Source of the DNA: Scyliorhinus canicula
Lineage: Eukaryota
Length of the DNA: 64,000 nt
Assembly (NCBI RefSeq): GCF_902713615.1
Contig: NC_052172.1
Span: forward strand, 6,801,337 to 6,865,336
Direction of reading: 5' to 3'
Shown here: piece by piece, positions 50,701 through 63,401 of the stretch
How positions within the stretch are numbered: position 1 is the first letter of the stretch
Layout: every line of letters begins with the position of its first letter
Translations under genes and position numbers: made by a program
The notes under the pieces: generated by a model
Seen by the model: the letters and a program-made list of their open reading frames with translations, nothing else
Told to the model about the DNA's origin: nothing
Database searches by the model: none

Positions 50701-53700
50701 ACGGGCCACATGTTGCCCCCGAGGCCTTTGGTTGCCCACCATTGATTTATAGACTGTTTGCTCTGGGACATTATTTAGGCAAACTCTGCTTGCTCCAGTA
50801 GCTTTCTAAAAACAAAAGAGACACCGTAAACGTCTGCTGCAGTGTGCAGTTTACCAAGAGGCATCCTTGAACCACATTTGCAAAAAGTTTCTGAATACAC
50901 GAGGTAAAGTAAATCCTTCAATTCACCAACAATAAATAAACAATTCCAATATTGTGTGCAGTTTTGGTCTCCGGGCTTGAGGATGGGCATTCTTGTTATT
51001 GAGGGTGTCCAGCGAAGATTCACCTGACTAATTCCCGGGATGGCAGGACTGACATATGAAAAAAGATTGGATCGACTGGGCTTGTACTCGCTGGATTTTA
51101 GAGGAATGAGAGGGCATCCCATAGCAACATATAAAATCCTGATGGGGCTGGAAAGGCTCGATGCGGGAAGAACGTTCCTGATGTTGGAGACGTCCAGAAC
51201 TATGTGTCACAGCCTAGGAATGTGGGGTCAGCTATTCAGGACTGAGATGAGGAAGAACATCTCTCGGAGAACATAAGAACATGAGAACTAGGAGTAGGAG
51301 TAGCCATCTGGCCCCTCTCAAGCCTGCTCTGCCATTCAACGAGATCATGGCTAATTTTTATGGACTCAGCTCTCCCCCCCCCCCCCCCCCCCCCCTCCCC
51401 CCAACACCAGTGTTGTGAACTGGTGGAATTGTCCACCGCAGAAAGCTGTTTGGGCGTTCGTTGGATATATTCAAGAGGGAGCTGGACGGGGCCCTTGCAG
51501 CTAAAGGGATCAAGGGGTATGGAGAAAAAGCGTGAATGGGATACTGAATTTGCATGATCATATTGAATGGTGATGCTGGCTCGAAGGGCCGAATGGCCTA
51601 CTCCTGCACCTATTTTCTATGTTTCCAAGTTTCTTTGTCACTACTCCTGTTTCTGAGATTCCAACCCTTGACAGTAATAACCCACAAACCATTTGACTTG
51701 GGTCACCACAAGCCTTCAGTGTTAATGGGGTCTTGCTGTATGCTTTTCCCTCCATGATAACAGCAACTGAAGTTTAAAAGGAAAGTTTTTTGGGAAATAT
51801 CCTGAAGGGTGAGGAAGAAATAAAAGCCATAAATGTAAAATGGCCAGGAGGACTTGTCATATCGCCCACTTGATTCTCGATTTCCTCACTTCAGTCAGAT
51901 AGGGAGGGATGGGTAAAGGAAGGCGGGAAACATCCAGGTATACATTATCACTGCTGCTAAAAACTACAGCAAAATTCAAAAGGGAATGTATGTTTGGTTG
52001 TAAAGGAAAATGGTGCAGAGGACGTGAGGGGGACCTGGAAGGTGGTTAGACATTAGTTAAGAAAGAATACAACTTGTTTTCATTAACTGAGGTGCAGAAT
52101 ATAAGAGCTGAGAAATTTATGCTTTGAACATATGTCAAGCCACAACTGGAAGAACATGTGCAGTTCTGGTCACTGTGTGTTGAAGTACGCAGCGTGCAGC
52201 GGAGATTTAGGAGCACGTTGGCTGGAGTGGAGCATTTTATTTCTGAGGAAAGGTTGGATATGCTGAAGTTGTTTTGTTTGGGACAGAGGGGACAGAGGCG
52301 AGACCTAATTGACGTGTACGGAATTATGAAGGGTTCAGATCAGGCATTTTCAAAGTGGGGGTCGCAACCCATGGTTGGGACGCGGCTGGGTGTCGGGAGG
52401 GTCACGGAGCCATCCATCGCGGCGTTCCCGATCGCAGGAATTCAGGCGCAACGGCCGCAGCAACTGGCTTTTAAAAATGACGGCTGCGACCAGCTTTAAA
52501 AATGCGGGCGCACTGCGCTTGCATGCCCGCTCATCAGTGTGCATGCCCGGAGCCCAGGTGGAGTCCAGGAGCAGCTCGCCTCTTCCTGACGTCGACACGC
52601 TGACCCAGGAGAAGATTTTTTTTTTTCCAATTTAATTCAGTCTTCCTGCATCTGTCTTAAATATGCTCAATGGCTGAGCCTGTAGAACACTCTTTGATAG
52701 TGAATTTTAGAGATTAAAAAAATTCACAGGGTAGCACGTTGGCGCAGTGGGTTAGCACTGCTGCATCATGGCGCTGAGGTCCCAGGTTCGATCCCGGCTC
52801 TGGGTCACTGTTAATGTGGAGTTTGCACATTCTCCCCGTGTCTGCATGGGTTTCGCCCCTACAACCCAAAGATGTGCAGGGTAAGTGGATTGGCCACGCT
52901 AAATTGTCCCTTAATTGGAAAAAATGAATTGGCTATTCTAAATTTATTTTTTTTAAAAGATTCGCGACACTTTGAGTTAAGTAATGCCTCCTCATCTATG
53001 CCTAAAATCGTGGCATTGTAACCTGCAGACTATATCCCCAGGCTGCAACCAACTACCTGAGGGAAACTTACATTCCGCCTCTGCACTGGAGAGTCCTGAG
53101 AGATTAATGTCTGTTTCAATTAGGTAATTTATCATTCTTCGCTGTTCTAGACTATAGAATGTAAGGCCAGGCTCACTTCTTGCACTCAAGGTCAGAGAAA
53201 ATGGTAAGTCGCAAAAGTTGGCCGGCGTGGGCCGCGAAGGTCAGCCGGCGTGGGTCGTGAAGGTCGGCCGGCGTGGGTCATGAAGGTCGGCCAGCGTGGG
53301 CCGCGAAGGTCGGCTGGCGTGGGTCGTGAATGTCGGCCGGCGTGGGTCATGAAGGACGGCCAGCATGGGCACTGCGAAGGTCGGCCGGCCTGGTCGCGAA
53401 TGTCGGCTGGGGTGGGTCCCAAAGGACTCCCGGTTTGTAAAAATGAGTCCCGGGCAAAAAAGTTTGAAAATCATGCTCTAGATAGAGTTGGTAGGGAGTC
53501 CCTTTATCCCTTTGGTTGAGGAGTCCATAACCCAGGGGCAGGGATTTGAAGGTGGATGTTTGGTGGGGACTTAAGGGGACCTCTATTCACCCAGAGTGTG
53601 GTGGTGATCTGAAACTGCTTCTGAGTGTGATAGAGCCAAACACCCTTGTAATAACCTGGGGAGGCAATGATTGCTTTCCCCCTATGGCCTGAGTAGTATG

Positions 53701-56700
53701 ATCTCCCCTGCTCACTACAGGACTGTTAACCACGTGTATAGGTTGGCCAGTCTGGAACAAACCAAAGAGTCCGGTGGGGGATAACCTCGATATACACAGT
53801 TGAAATAAATGTCACATTTTCTATACTCTACGGATCCTCTTGGCCTTGTTTAAAACCCTCATAGGATTGAATATTCAGATTAGAACTGGAAGCGTCAAAA
53901 TCTACAGGGTCATAGACCAAGAGCTGGAAAGTGGGATTGGGGGATGGCCACGGCGCGGACACGATGGACTCACCATTTCCTTTAAGTTTATAGTATGGCT
54001 CTTCACAGCTGTACTTGTTCTGGGATTTGTAAATGGTGGATGTGAAATTACTGTATCCATTCTTCAATTTTGCTGGATGTCCACAGTCCACAGCTGAGAA
54101 AGGGAGATTGTACTTTAATAAAGCTCAGTCAGGTATCAGATGCACCTTCAAAATTCATTATTCCAGTAATCATTTGCACAAATATTTATTTTATATATTT
54201 ATTGATCTTTTCTACGATTAATAAATTCCAGGTTTCGCGCCTGCAAAATTCCATCGCGTTCAAATCGCAATTCCCAGAAGATCCTTCACCATAAGATCAT
54301 GGGCTGGATGCTCCGTCGACGGGATGCTCCGATTTGCCGGCAGTGCACTCACGCCTGCGGATTTCCAGACAGCGCGGGTGTGCCCACAATGGGAAACCCC
54401 ATTAAACGGCTGGGAGGATCCCGTTGCCGGCGGGGAGTGCCGCACCGGAAAACGGGAGCGGTGGGATGGAAAATCCTGCTGCATGAATTAATTCTGCCGT
54501 GTTACAAATGACCAGGTCAAAAATAGTTTCTGACTGGGTGGTTCTGGAAGAACAAAGTGTATCAGGCTATCTGGCCCCGTGAGCCTGCTGTGTTGTGTGA
54601 TATGGTCACGGTTGATACTGAGATTCAACTCCCCAGGAGTTTCGGTTCCTGGGAGATGGGACAGGGCGATGGGGCAAGGGAGGTCTAGAGATCGCCCTTG
54701 ATACCCCGAAACACCAAAAATCTGTCTATCCCATCCTGAAATTTGTGCAATCATAAAACATCCAAAATGGCAGAACCCTGAAGAGTATTGACAGAGGGAT
54801 CTGGGTGTGCAGGTCCATAGGTCACTGAAAGGGGCAACGCAGATGGAGAAGGTAGTCAAGAAGGCAGACGGCATGCTTGTCTTCAACGGCCGGGGCATTG
54901 AGTATAAGAATTGGCAAGTCATGTTGCAGCTGTTTAGAGCCATTGTTAGGCCACACTTGGAGTATAGCGTTCAATTTTGATCGCCACACTACCAGAATGA
55001 TGTGGAGGCTTTGGAGCGGGCACAGAAGAGGTTTACCAGGATATTGCCTGGCAGTGAGGGCATTAGCTATGCTTGGATAACTCGGTTTGTTCTCTGTGGA
55101 CCGACGGAGGTTGAGGGGCGACCTGATAGAAGTCTACAAGATTATGAAGGGCATGGACAGAGTGGATAGTCAGAACCTTTTCCCAAGGTGTAAGAGTTAA
55201 TTACGAGGGGACAAAGGTTTAAGGCGCAAGGGGCAAAGTGTAGATGTGCCAGAGAAGTTTTTTTACACAGAGGGTAGTGAGTGCCTGGAACTCGCTGCCG
55301 GAGGAGGTGATGGAAGCACGTACGATAGTGACGTTTAAGGGGCATCTTGACAAATACAGAATAGGATGGAAGTAGAGGGATACTGACCCCGGAAGTGTGG
55401 AGGGTTTTAGGTTAGATGGGCAGCATTGTCGGCGCAGGCCTGGAGGGCTGAAAGACCTGTTCCTGTGCTGTACTTTTCTTTGTTACTTAACCCTCTAGGG
55501 AACCCTAAAGACTTTGGGCTGGATTCTCCGCCCCGCTGCGTCACATTCCTGCCCCGACCCGCCAGCGGGATTCTCCGTTACGCCGACCGGTCAAAGGAGT
55601 TTCCCATTATGGGGGAGTCCTACGCAGTCGGGAAACCCCCGGGCGCTGGGAAAATGGAGCATCCCGCCGGCGGAGAATCCCGGCCATTTTGAGTGAGGAA
55701 GTGTGTCCTCACCTCGACCTGAAATGATCGGTTCCTTCTGCTGAGAATCTATCCCTTGTTCCAGCCATGTCATCCATGTCAAATCCAGTTAGAATCTTGT
55801 ATGTTTCACAGAGATCAGCTCTCATTCTCCCACACAACATCGGCCCAGTTAACTCAGCCTTTCGCCACAGGGAAATCCTCTGATCCCAGGATCCAGTGCA
55901 AGTGTATCTTTCAATAAATATGGGCCTGAATTTTTCACACGGCAGAGGGTCAGCCCCTCCAGAGAGTCGCCAGGTATCATGTGAGAGTGCCTTTAAGAAT
56001 TGGATGTTTAAGACATGTACCTTTAAGAAATGAAGTTGATCATATTACTGAAGTGATGTCACGGGGGGGGGGGGGGGGGGGGGGGAGCTGAGCTCACTTC
56101 TGCTTTTTGGGAGTTTTTTAGTTTCAGTTTTGAAGAAAGATTGGGGTAGGGCTGTGAGCTGCATTGCTGGTGATCTCTGCCACGAAGGACTATCTCTTAA
56201 TCCTTTGGTGAAATCGGAATTGTAAAACGGTCTCAGTATTGAATATAAATCTAATGTGCTTCTGTTTGAAGGATTTGTTAAGTCTTTTGGATGTGTAAAG
56301 GAACAGTTTGCAGGATTGGGTAGTGTTGTATTATTTCCGGGGTTATCTTTGAAGTGAGGGGTGATAAGAGATTCAATGTTTATTTAAAAGGTTAATTTGT
56401 GTTCATGGAATAAACATTGTTTTGTTTTAAAAACCACGTGTCCATAATTGTAATACCACACCTGGGGAACAAGCCATGTGCTTCAAAAGCAAAAACCCAT
56501 TAAAGGTGGGGGTTGGTTGAACTCCATGGTACATTTTGGGGTTCTGAAAACACCTCTCCCATAACAATTTGGGGCTCCAGGGGGCTAAAAGTCTATCTAT
56601 TGGATTAGCTTTTGTGAACTTAAAGACAGTGAAGGATTGTTGCTTTTCCGGTGTGGTATTTTAGTTTAAGTGTGTTGTGGACAATGGCTCTTTCAGAGGC

Positions 56701-59700
56701 TCAAAAGTTTTGGGGGGTGGAGACTGTCACACGCAGTACCTTATGGACGGAAACTAAAAGCAGACTGTTAGATTTGGCAAAAACATTGCAGTTAACATTA
56801 CCTGACAAAATACAAAAAGGTGAGGTAATTATGGTGGTGGTTAAGCATTTAAAGTTGCCTGAGATACAGTTTGACTCATTGGAAATGGCAAAAATTCAGT
56901 TGCAAATTAAACAAATGGAACATGAGAAAGAATTAAAGCAGCTTGAATACAAAAGAGAGAGAGAGAGGAAAAAGAAAGAGAGAGAGAGGAAAAGGAAAAG
57001 GCGAGAGAAGAAAGGAGAAAAGAAAGAATAGCCCAAGCAGAACAAAAAGAAAGAGAAAGGGAGATACAGATCCGGGAAAAAGATAAAGAGAGAGAGTTTG
57101 AACTTCAGAAAATGGCCATGAAACAAGACAGTCAGTTAAAATTGGCAGATGTAAAGGGAAACGTACAGTTGGATGACAGTGATAAGGATAGTGAGAAAGA
57201 GCATCAAAGTCAAAGGTGTGGCGGGGATCTATTTAAATATGTGCAAGCATTGCCAAGGTTTGACGAGAAGGAAGTGGAAGCCTTTTTCATTTCATTTGAG
57301 AAGGTAGCTAAACAAATGAAATGGCCACAGGACATGTGGGTGTTACTAATTCAAACAAAGCTGGTAGGTAGAACTTGTGTAGTGTTTGCATCACTACCGG
57401 AGGAGGTATCTGGAACGTATGAGGAGGTGAAGAAATCTATCTTAAGTGCATATGAGCTAGTGCCTGAAGCTTACAGACAAAGATTTAGAAATTTAAGGAA
57501 AGAATTTGGTCAAACATACATGGAGTTTGAAAGGCTCAAACAGGATAATTTTGATAGGTGGATAAGGGCTTTGAAAATAGACCAAACGTGTAATATTTCT
57601 CTCAGACAAATTAAATTTTTGGAGGAGTTTAATTCAATTCCTGATGTAATAAGAACACATGTGGACGAGCAGAGGGTTAAAACTGCGAGATTAGCAGCAG
57701 AAATGGGAGATGATTATGAATTAGTTCATTAATTAAAGATTGGTTTCCGACATCAGTTTCAGCCGGTGAGGGATAGTGGAGATTTGCAAGTGGAGATAAA
57801 GTTTTAGTGTTGTTACCAGTAGTAGGGGAGCCCTTAAAAGCTAGGTTTTGTGGATCGTATCAGATTGAATTGGAAATTAAGTGAGGTGAATTATGTGGTA
57901 AAAACACCAGATAGAAGGAAGACTCACTGAGTGTGTCATGTGAATATGCTTAAAAGGTACTTTGAAAGGGAAGGCGAGAAAAAGGAGATTTTAATGATTC
58001 TAACTCAAAGTGACGAACCAAATCCAGATGACAATGAGTTTGATATACCTCAAATTAAATTGGAAAATGAGAATGTTCTTAAAAATTGGGATGAATTGTT
58101 AAGTTACCTTCCAGAGGAAAAACAAACTGACCTGAAAGAGTTATTGATATCACATGGGCAAGTTTGTAGAGATAAATTGGGATGTACTAAAATGGCTATA
58201 CATGATGTAGATGTGGAAAATGCGGTCCCGATCAAGCAACATCCATATAGACTTAACCTTTTAAAATTGGCACAGGTTAACAAAGAGAATGAGAGTATGC
58301 TTAGAAATGGCATAATTAAAGTGAGTTGCAGCCAATGGAGCTCACCCATAGTGATGGTACCAAAACCAGATGGTACCCAATGGTTTTGTGTGGACTATCG
58401 AAAGGTGAATGCAGCTACAAGAACGGACTCTTATCCTATCCCACGTTTGGAGGATTGCATTGAGAAAGTGGGACAATCCGCTTTTATTACCAAATTGGAT
58501 TTACTGAAAGTTTACTGGCAAGTACCTTTATCTGAAAGGAAATTTTAGCTTTTGTGACTCCAGATGGTATATACCAGTTCAAAGTTATGCCATTTGGCAT
58601 GAAAAACGCCCCAGCAACATTTCAATGGTTAACTAATACAGTTGTTTCAGGATTACCAAATTTGGTAGCACGGTAGCATTGTGGATAGCACAATCGCTTC
58701 ACAGCTCCAGGGTCCCAGGTTTGATTCCGGCTTGGGTCACTGTCTGTGCGGAGTCTGCACATCCTCCCTGTGTGTGCGTGGGTTTCCTCCGGGTGCTCCG
58801 GTTTCCTCCCACAGTCACAAAGATGTGCAGGTTAGGTGGATTGGCCATGATAAATTGCCCTTAGTGTCCAAAATTGCCCTTAGTGTTGGGTGGGGTTACT
58901 GGGTTATGGGGATAGGGTGGAGGTGTTGACCTTCGGTAGGGTGCTCTTTCCAAGAGCCGGTGCAGACTCGATGGGCCGAATGGCCTCCTTCTGCACTGTA
59001 AATTCTATGATAATCTATGATCTGGTAATTTTCAGCCAGACATAGAAAGAACATTTGAAACATCTGAGGGAGTTATTCGATCGACTTCAGGAGGCGGGTT
59101 TGGTGATAAACCTAGCCAAACGTGAATTTGGAACAGTCCAAGTCACTTTCCCTGGCCATACAATCGGACAGGGTCGAATGGTCCGATGGGATGTTAAAAC
59201 GAAAGTTATTGGGGAGTTTCCGATACCCTCGACACGACAGGAAATAATGCGGTTTCTTGGTATGAGTGGATTTTACCAGAAATTTGTACCAAATTTTAGC
59301 AGTGTGGTCGCTCCACTGACGGACTTGCACAAGAAGCGTAACAAATTCCAGTGGACAGCGGAGTATCAACAGGCATTTGACGGCCTGAAGGTTATGCTAA
59401 CCTCTGCTCCTGTGTTAGTCATCCCAAATTATTCCAAACCATTCAAAGTGGCTGTTGGTGTGAGTTATGTGGGCGTAGGTGCAGTGTTTCGACAAGACGA
59501 CGACGAAGGGCTAGTGCGGCCTGTTGGTTATTTTTCAAAGAAATTGAATTCTCACCAGAAAAAGTATTTGACGATTGAGAAGGAGACTTTGAGTTTGGTG
59601 CTGGCTTTGCAACATTTTGACATTTATGTGACCAGCAATCCATCTGACACCATTACATTTACTGATCATTATCCTTTGACATTTTTGGAGCGATTCCGGA

Positions 59701-62700
59701 ATAACAATGCAAGGCTGTTTATTGTTACAGCCATTTCATTTTAAAATAGTACATGTGGCAGTTAGGGAAAATGTGATAGCCAATGCTTTGTCACGAATGT
59801 GATGAATGGGAGGATTTTGGTTGGAGGAAGAAGAACAGGAAAGATGGACTTTATTATTATGCCTGTTTGCATGTGTTGTTTTTTTTTAAATGAAAACGTA
59901 TATTTACTGTGTGCATTTCTTAATGGATGGTGCAAAAGTGAAAAATGAAACTATCTTGAAGTTGATGGGGTTTTTTTTTTCTTGGGGGAGGTGTCATGTG
60001 AGAGTGCCTTTTTGAATTGGATGTTTAAGAAATGTACCTTTAACAAATGAAGCTGATCATATTACTGAAGTGATGTCACGGGGTGGGGGGGGGGGGGAGC
60101 TGAGCTCACTTCTGCTTTTTGGGAGTTTTTTAGTTTCAGTTTTGAAGAAAGCTTGGGTGTGGCTGTGAGCTGCATTGCTGGTGATCCCTGCCATGAAGGA
60201 CTATCTCTTAATCCTTTGGTGAAGTCGGAATTGTAAAAAGGTCTCAGTATTGAATATAAATCTAATGTGCTTCTGTTTGAAGGATTTGTTAATTCTTTTG
60301 GATGTGTAAAGGAACAGTTTGCAGGATTGGGTAGTGTTGTATTATTTTCAGGGTTATCTTTGAAGTAAGAGGTGTTAAGAGATCCAATGTTTATTTAAAG
60401 GTTAATTTGAGTTCATGGAATAAACATTGTTTTGTTTTAAACACCACGTGTCCATAATTGTAATACACCTGGGGAACAAGCCTTTTGCTTCAAAAGCAAT
60501 AACCCATTATAGGTGGGGGTTGGCTGAACTCCATGATACATTTTGGGGTTCTGAAAACTCCTCTCCCATAACACAGGGAACATATCCTGCTGACAGGTCC
60601 GTTATAATGAGCATTGACTGGCAGGAGACAGGTGGTCCATCTTCACAAGGGCAGACATCCCACCTTGGAGAGCTGCTGGCCAATCAGATTGACCTGCAGC
60701 AGACCCTCTGGAGTTTCAGTGGCCGCAAGAGGTGACATGCATGGGTCTCAGTGTCAGAGCGTAGAGGCCAAGTGAGTGGTAGGGATCCTGGGAGGGTAGG
60801 GGACACCTGGAGAGGATGTTGGTGGGGGAGTGGGGGGAGGCGACAATTGGGATCCTGAGAGATTGGTGAGGGTGGTGGGGAGAAAGAGGTCCTGAGGTCT
60901 CCAAACCCTCAGGTGCCGATGTCTGCCATCCCCCCATCCACATCCTTCTCACCCAAGATTTAGGTATTTCAATGTTTCTGTTCCTCCCCCAGTCGCTCAT
61001 TCACCTCTAATACATTCACAGGGATTCAGGCTCGGTGCGAGAAGGTCCTTAAGTGGCCATCGACTGGTCAGTTACTGACATTAACAGGGGCAAAGGCATG
61101 CTTCCCCCACTCCCAACCCCCAATGAGGCCCTACAAACCCCATTGTAAAATCGGCACCAAGGTGGCACTGTCAGGGTGCCTCCAATCCATACCGTCTGGC
61201 CCTCGTTTGTGGAGACCAGCACTGAGCGCGCTGGCCCGCGGGGAAGGGGATCGATCCCAAAGCCTCAGGAAACTGCATATTAAAGTGAGATTAGCTATCT
61301 CGCTCTAATACACAGATTTAACAAAAGTCAACCCACCCACAATGGGAGTGGGGTGTCTCGGCTTCTATCAGACATGTGCCACAGCAAGCTGCTTTTCAGA
61401 AGCAGTGTGGCCGTTCAATTGCGCCCTTGTCTCCTCGAATATAAAGTCCTGTCTGCAGATCTGGATTCAGCAGCGCAGTGGTCACAGCACAGTTCAGATG
61501 TACATCATCTCAAAGGCACAGCTCCCCTTTCCCCAGTACTGGTGCCAGTGTCCCAGGAATTAAAATCCATTTCACTGCCGTTAATCTTTGAACCGTGCAC
61601 TCACCTCTGATCTTCGTTTTCCTATGTCATTTTGCTCATGCCTTAGATAGCACCGCGGATTATAACCTTTCTGCCTATTAATTTAAATCAATAGCTGCTC
61701 ATACCCCTCAGTATAATCTCTTTCTCAGCCCTGCCTGTATTTGCCTATTTGAACTGTCCAATGTACATTTAGGGCAGCAGGGTAGCATGGTGGTTAGCAT
61801 AAATGCTTCACAGCTCCAGGGTCCCAGGTTCGATTCAAGGCTGGGTCACTGTCTGTGTGGAGTCTGCACGTCCTCCCCCTGTGTGCGTGGGTTTCCTCCG
61901 GGTGCTCCGGTTTCCTCCCACAGTCCAAAGATGTGCGGGTTAGGTGGATTGGCCATGCTAAATTGCCCGTAGTGTCCTAATAAAAGTAAGGATAAGGGGG
62001 GGTTGTTGGGTTACGGATATAAGGTGGATTCGTGGGTTTGAGTAGGGTGATCATGGCTCGGCACAACATTGAGGGCCGAAGGGCCTGTTCTGTGCTGTAC
62101 TGTTCTATGTTCTATGTTCTACATGAAGGTTCAAGTTGTTCACTCTTATTGTGTTATTTTTATTACAAGCACAAGTTATTATTACAAGTTATTTCTTAAT
62201 TTATACCCTGCCCTACAGTTGCTAGTTCACACAATCACAGAATAATGCAGCACAGGAGACCCTTTGGCCCATCAAGTCTGCCCTGACACGTGAAAAACTC
62301 CTGACTTCCTACCTGATCCCCTTTGCCAGCATTTGACCCATAGCCTCGAATGTTAAGACGTGCCAAGTGCTCAGCCAGGTACTTTTTAAAGGATGTGAGA
62401 CAACCCGCCTCTACCACCCTCCCAGGCAGTGCGTTACAGACTCTCTGGGTAAAATCCCCCCAAAACCTCCTGCCCCTCACCTTGAACTTGTGTCCCCTTG
62501 TAACTGATCCTTCAACGAAGGGGAACAGTTGCTCCCTATCCACCCTGTCCATGCCCCTCATAATCTTGTCCACCTCGATCAGGTCACCCCTCAGTTTTCT
62601 CTTGGAGGATTTTTCCCTTGCTATTTCTTAGTTCCATCCAAGCAAATTCTACATTTTCATCTTTGGTTCAAGATCATTTCTCATGACTGTACTGATCCCG

Positions 62701-63353
62701 CCCTCTGTTAACAGAGAGCTGGTCTGATCCCAGTGTTAGCGGGAAAGACAGCTAGTCTACCTTTGTTTCTTCCCAAAATGACAAATGCTCCTCAATACAA
62801 ACACATCGCAGAAGTGTAAATCCAAGACCAAAATATTGAACACTGTGCCCCATCAGGTGATGTTAGGCCAGGTGGGCCACAACTCAATTGAAAGCAAGAA
62901 CATATTTCAGATAAAAAGAGAAAATACTGGACAATCTCAGCAGGTCTGACAATATCTGTGGAGAGTTAACTTTTTGAGTCTGGATGACTGTCAACTTTGA
63001 AAAAGAGTCACCCAGACTCAAACGTTAGATGCCTTCTATTTCCACAGATGCTGTCCGTTGAAATTGTCCAGTGTTTTCTCTTTTTGTTTCAGATTCCGTC
63101 ATCTGCAGTAAGTCACTTTTATCAATAAATTTGAGAAGGTGGATGACTGATTCCTGTTCCTACATGAACAGTAGTTTAGTCAATAGGTAACGTTGGGGGA
63201 GCCAGGATTGAGGGGAAATGACAAATAGAGAGACCTATTGTACACCCACCTATCGGGATACTTACGCTCGCAGGTGTACGGGATACTGTTCCAGGACCCA
63301 TCCTTCTGGCAATGCACCACGGCATAGTCAATGTACTGACTTTCTTGTGTATC
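43989..63353 (-). CDS. C1S: Complement C1s-like serine protease, 3' part (4 exons; 5' CUB-EGF-CUB-CCP1a exons beyond window end)
   Basis: Exons 63353-63266, 54093-53974, 46602-46525, 44776-43989 splice in frame with GT/AG and phases 0/1/1/1. CCP-CCP-SP order, single-exon protease, AGT-coded active Ser, no histidine-loop cysteines: hallmarks of C1r/C1s/MASP2/MASP3. Motifs VDCG, CEEPYY, FTPNMICAG, GPxQCGxYG favour C1s. Confidence 0.8.
45792..46135 (+). mobile_element. Young HE1/V-SINE-type SINE
   Basis: Near-identical to copies at 22464 and 58663. Confidence 0.9.
46525..46602 (-). CDS. C1S: C1s-like CCP2 second-half exon
   Basis: (A)IFNCSHNAEWVDVASGQETLPKCKP; AG at 46603-46604, GT at 46523-46524; 78 nt. 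Confidence 0.88.
46748..47352 (+). mobile_element. Solo LTR related to the Gypsy LTRs at 55975/59992
   Basis: TG...CA ends, 4-bp TSD ATTT (46744-46747 / 47353-47356), shared start (cctttaagaa..agtgatgtca) and end (aactccatg..cccataaca). Confidence 0.8.
47805..49838 (-). mobile_element. HE1/V-SINE-type SINE with internally amplified head
   Basis: SINE 5' start near 49838, body and tail 48080-47805; array between. Confidence 0.8.
48082..49818. repeat. 35-bp minisatellite, about 49 units (CACTGTGAGACAGCAGTGTTAACCCGGGTCCCTGG)
   Basis: Period checked (48124 to 48159); unit equals the SINE head segment between A and B boxes. Confidence 0.97.
50285..50620 (-). mobile_element. HE1/V-SINE-type SINE
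   Basis: Reverse-complement head/core/tail. Confidence 0.85.
52341..53475. mobile_element. Non-autonomous hAT (Charlie-like) element inserted in a CR1 fragment
   Basis: Ends caggcattttcaaa / tttgaaaatcatg; flanks gttcagat / ctctagat fit an NTCTAGAN-type 8-bp TSD; host CR1 reads through. Confidence 0.7.
53219..53420. repeat. 23-bp CpG-rich tandem repeat, about 9 units (GGTCGGCCGGCGTGGGTCGCGAA)
   Basis: Read directly. Confidence 0.9.
53974..54093 (-). CDS. C1S: C1s-like CCP2 first-half exon
   Basis: (P)VDCGHPAKLKNGYSNFTSTIYKSQNKYSCEEPYYKLKGN; AG/GTGAGT; 120 nt. Confidence 0.9.
54298..54485. mobile_element. Harbinger-type MITE
   Basis: Ends catgggctggatgctcc / ggaaaatcctgctgcatg. Confidence 0.55.
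54770..55490 (+). mobile_element. CR1 3' fragment
   Basis: KKADGML..RPHLEYSVQF peptides and tail. Confidence 0.85.
55515..55686. mobile_element. Harbinger-type MITE
   Basis: TIRs tgggctggattctccg / cggagaatcccggcca. Confidence 0.7.
55975..60573 (+). mobile_element. Gypsy-superfamily LTR retrotransposon, Gmr1-type, internally deleted, in C1s intron
   Basis: LTRs 55975-56566 and 59992-60573, TSD CAGG, PBS-like TGGGGCTC after 5' LTR, PPT GGGGGAGG; gag from ATG 56684; integrase C-terminus (about 57830-57960) upstream of RT (SPIVMVPKPDG..FCVDYRKVN) and RNase H. Confidence 0.92.
58663..59020 (+). mobile_element. Young HE1/V-SINE-type SINE inserted in the Gypsy RT
   Basis: RT frame (GLPN | DLVIFSQ) brackets it. 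Confidence 0.92.
61771..62120 (+). mobile_element. HE1/V-SINE-type SINE
   Basis: Head/core, (ttcta)n tail. Confidence 0.88.
62905..63115. mobile_element. Penelope-like terminal-repeat fragment (similar at about 8090-8290, 28890-29020, 34310-34530)
   Basis: Shared ctcagcaggtctg..atctgtggagag motif; family assignment from memory only. Confidence 0.4.
63266..63353 (-). CDS. C1S: C1s-like CCP1 second-half exon
   Basis: DTQESQYIDYAVVHCQKDGSWNSIPYTCE; CAG/GTAAGT; 88 nt, phase 0 to 1, joins next exon in frame. Confidence 0.85.
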
Positions 63354-63401
63354 CTGCAAGGTTAAGTTAAGGAAACCATATTATAGCAGATCATAGAAAC
63401 C

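Noticed and set aside
61771-61850. SINE heads as tRNA genes
   Set aside because: Run into SINE core and LINE-like tail; no complete acceptor stem.
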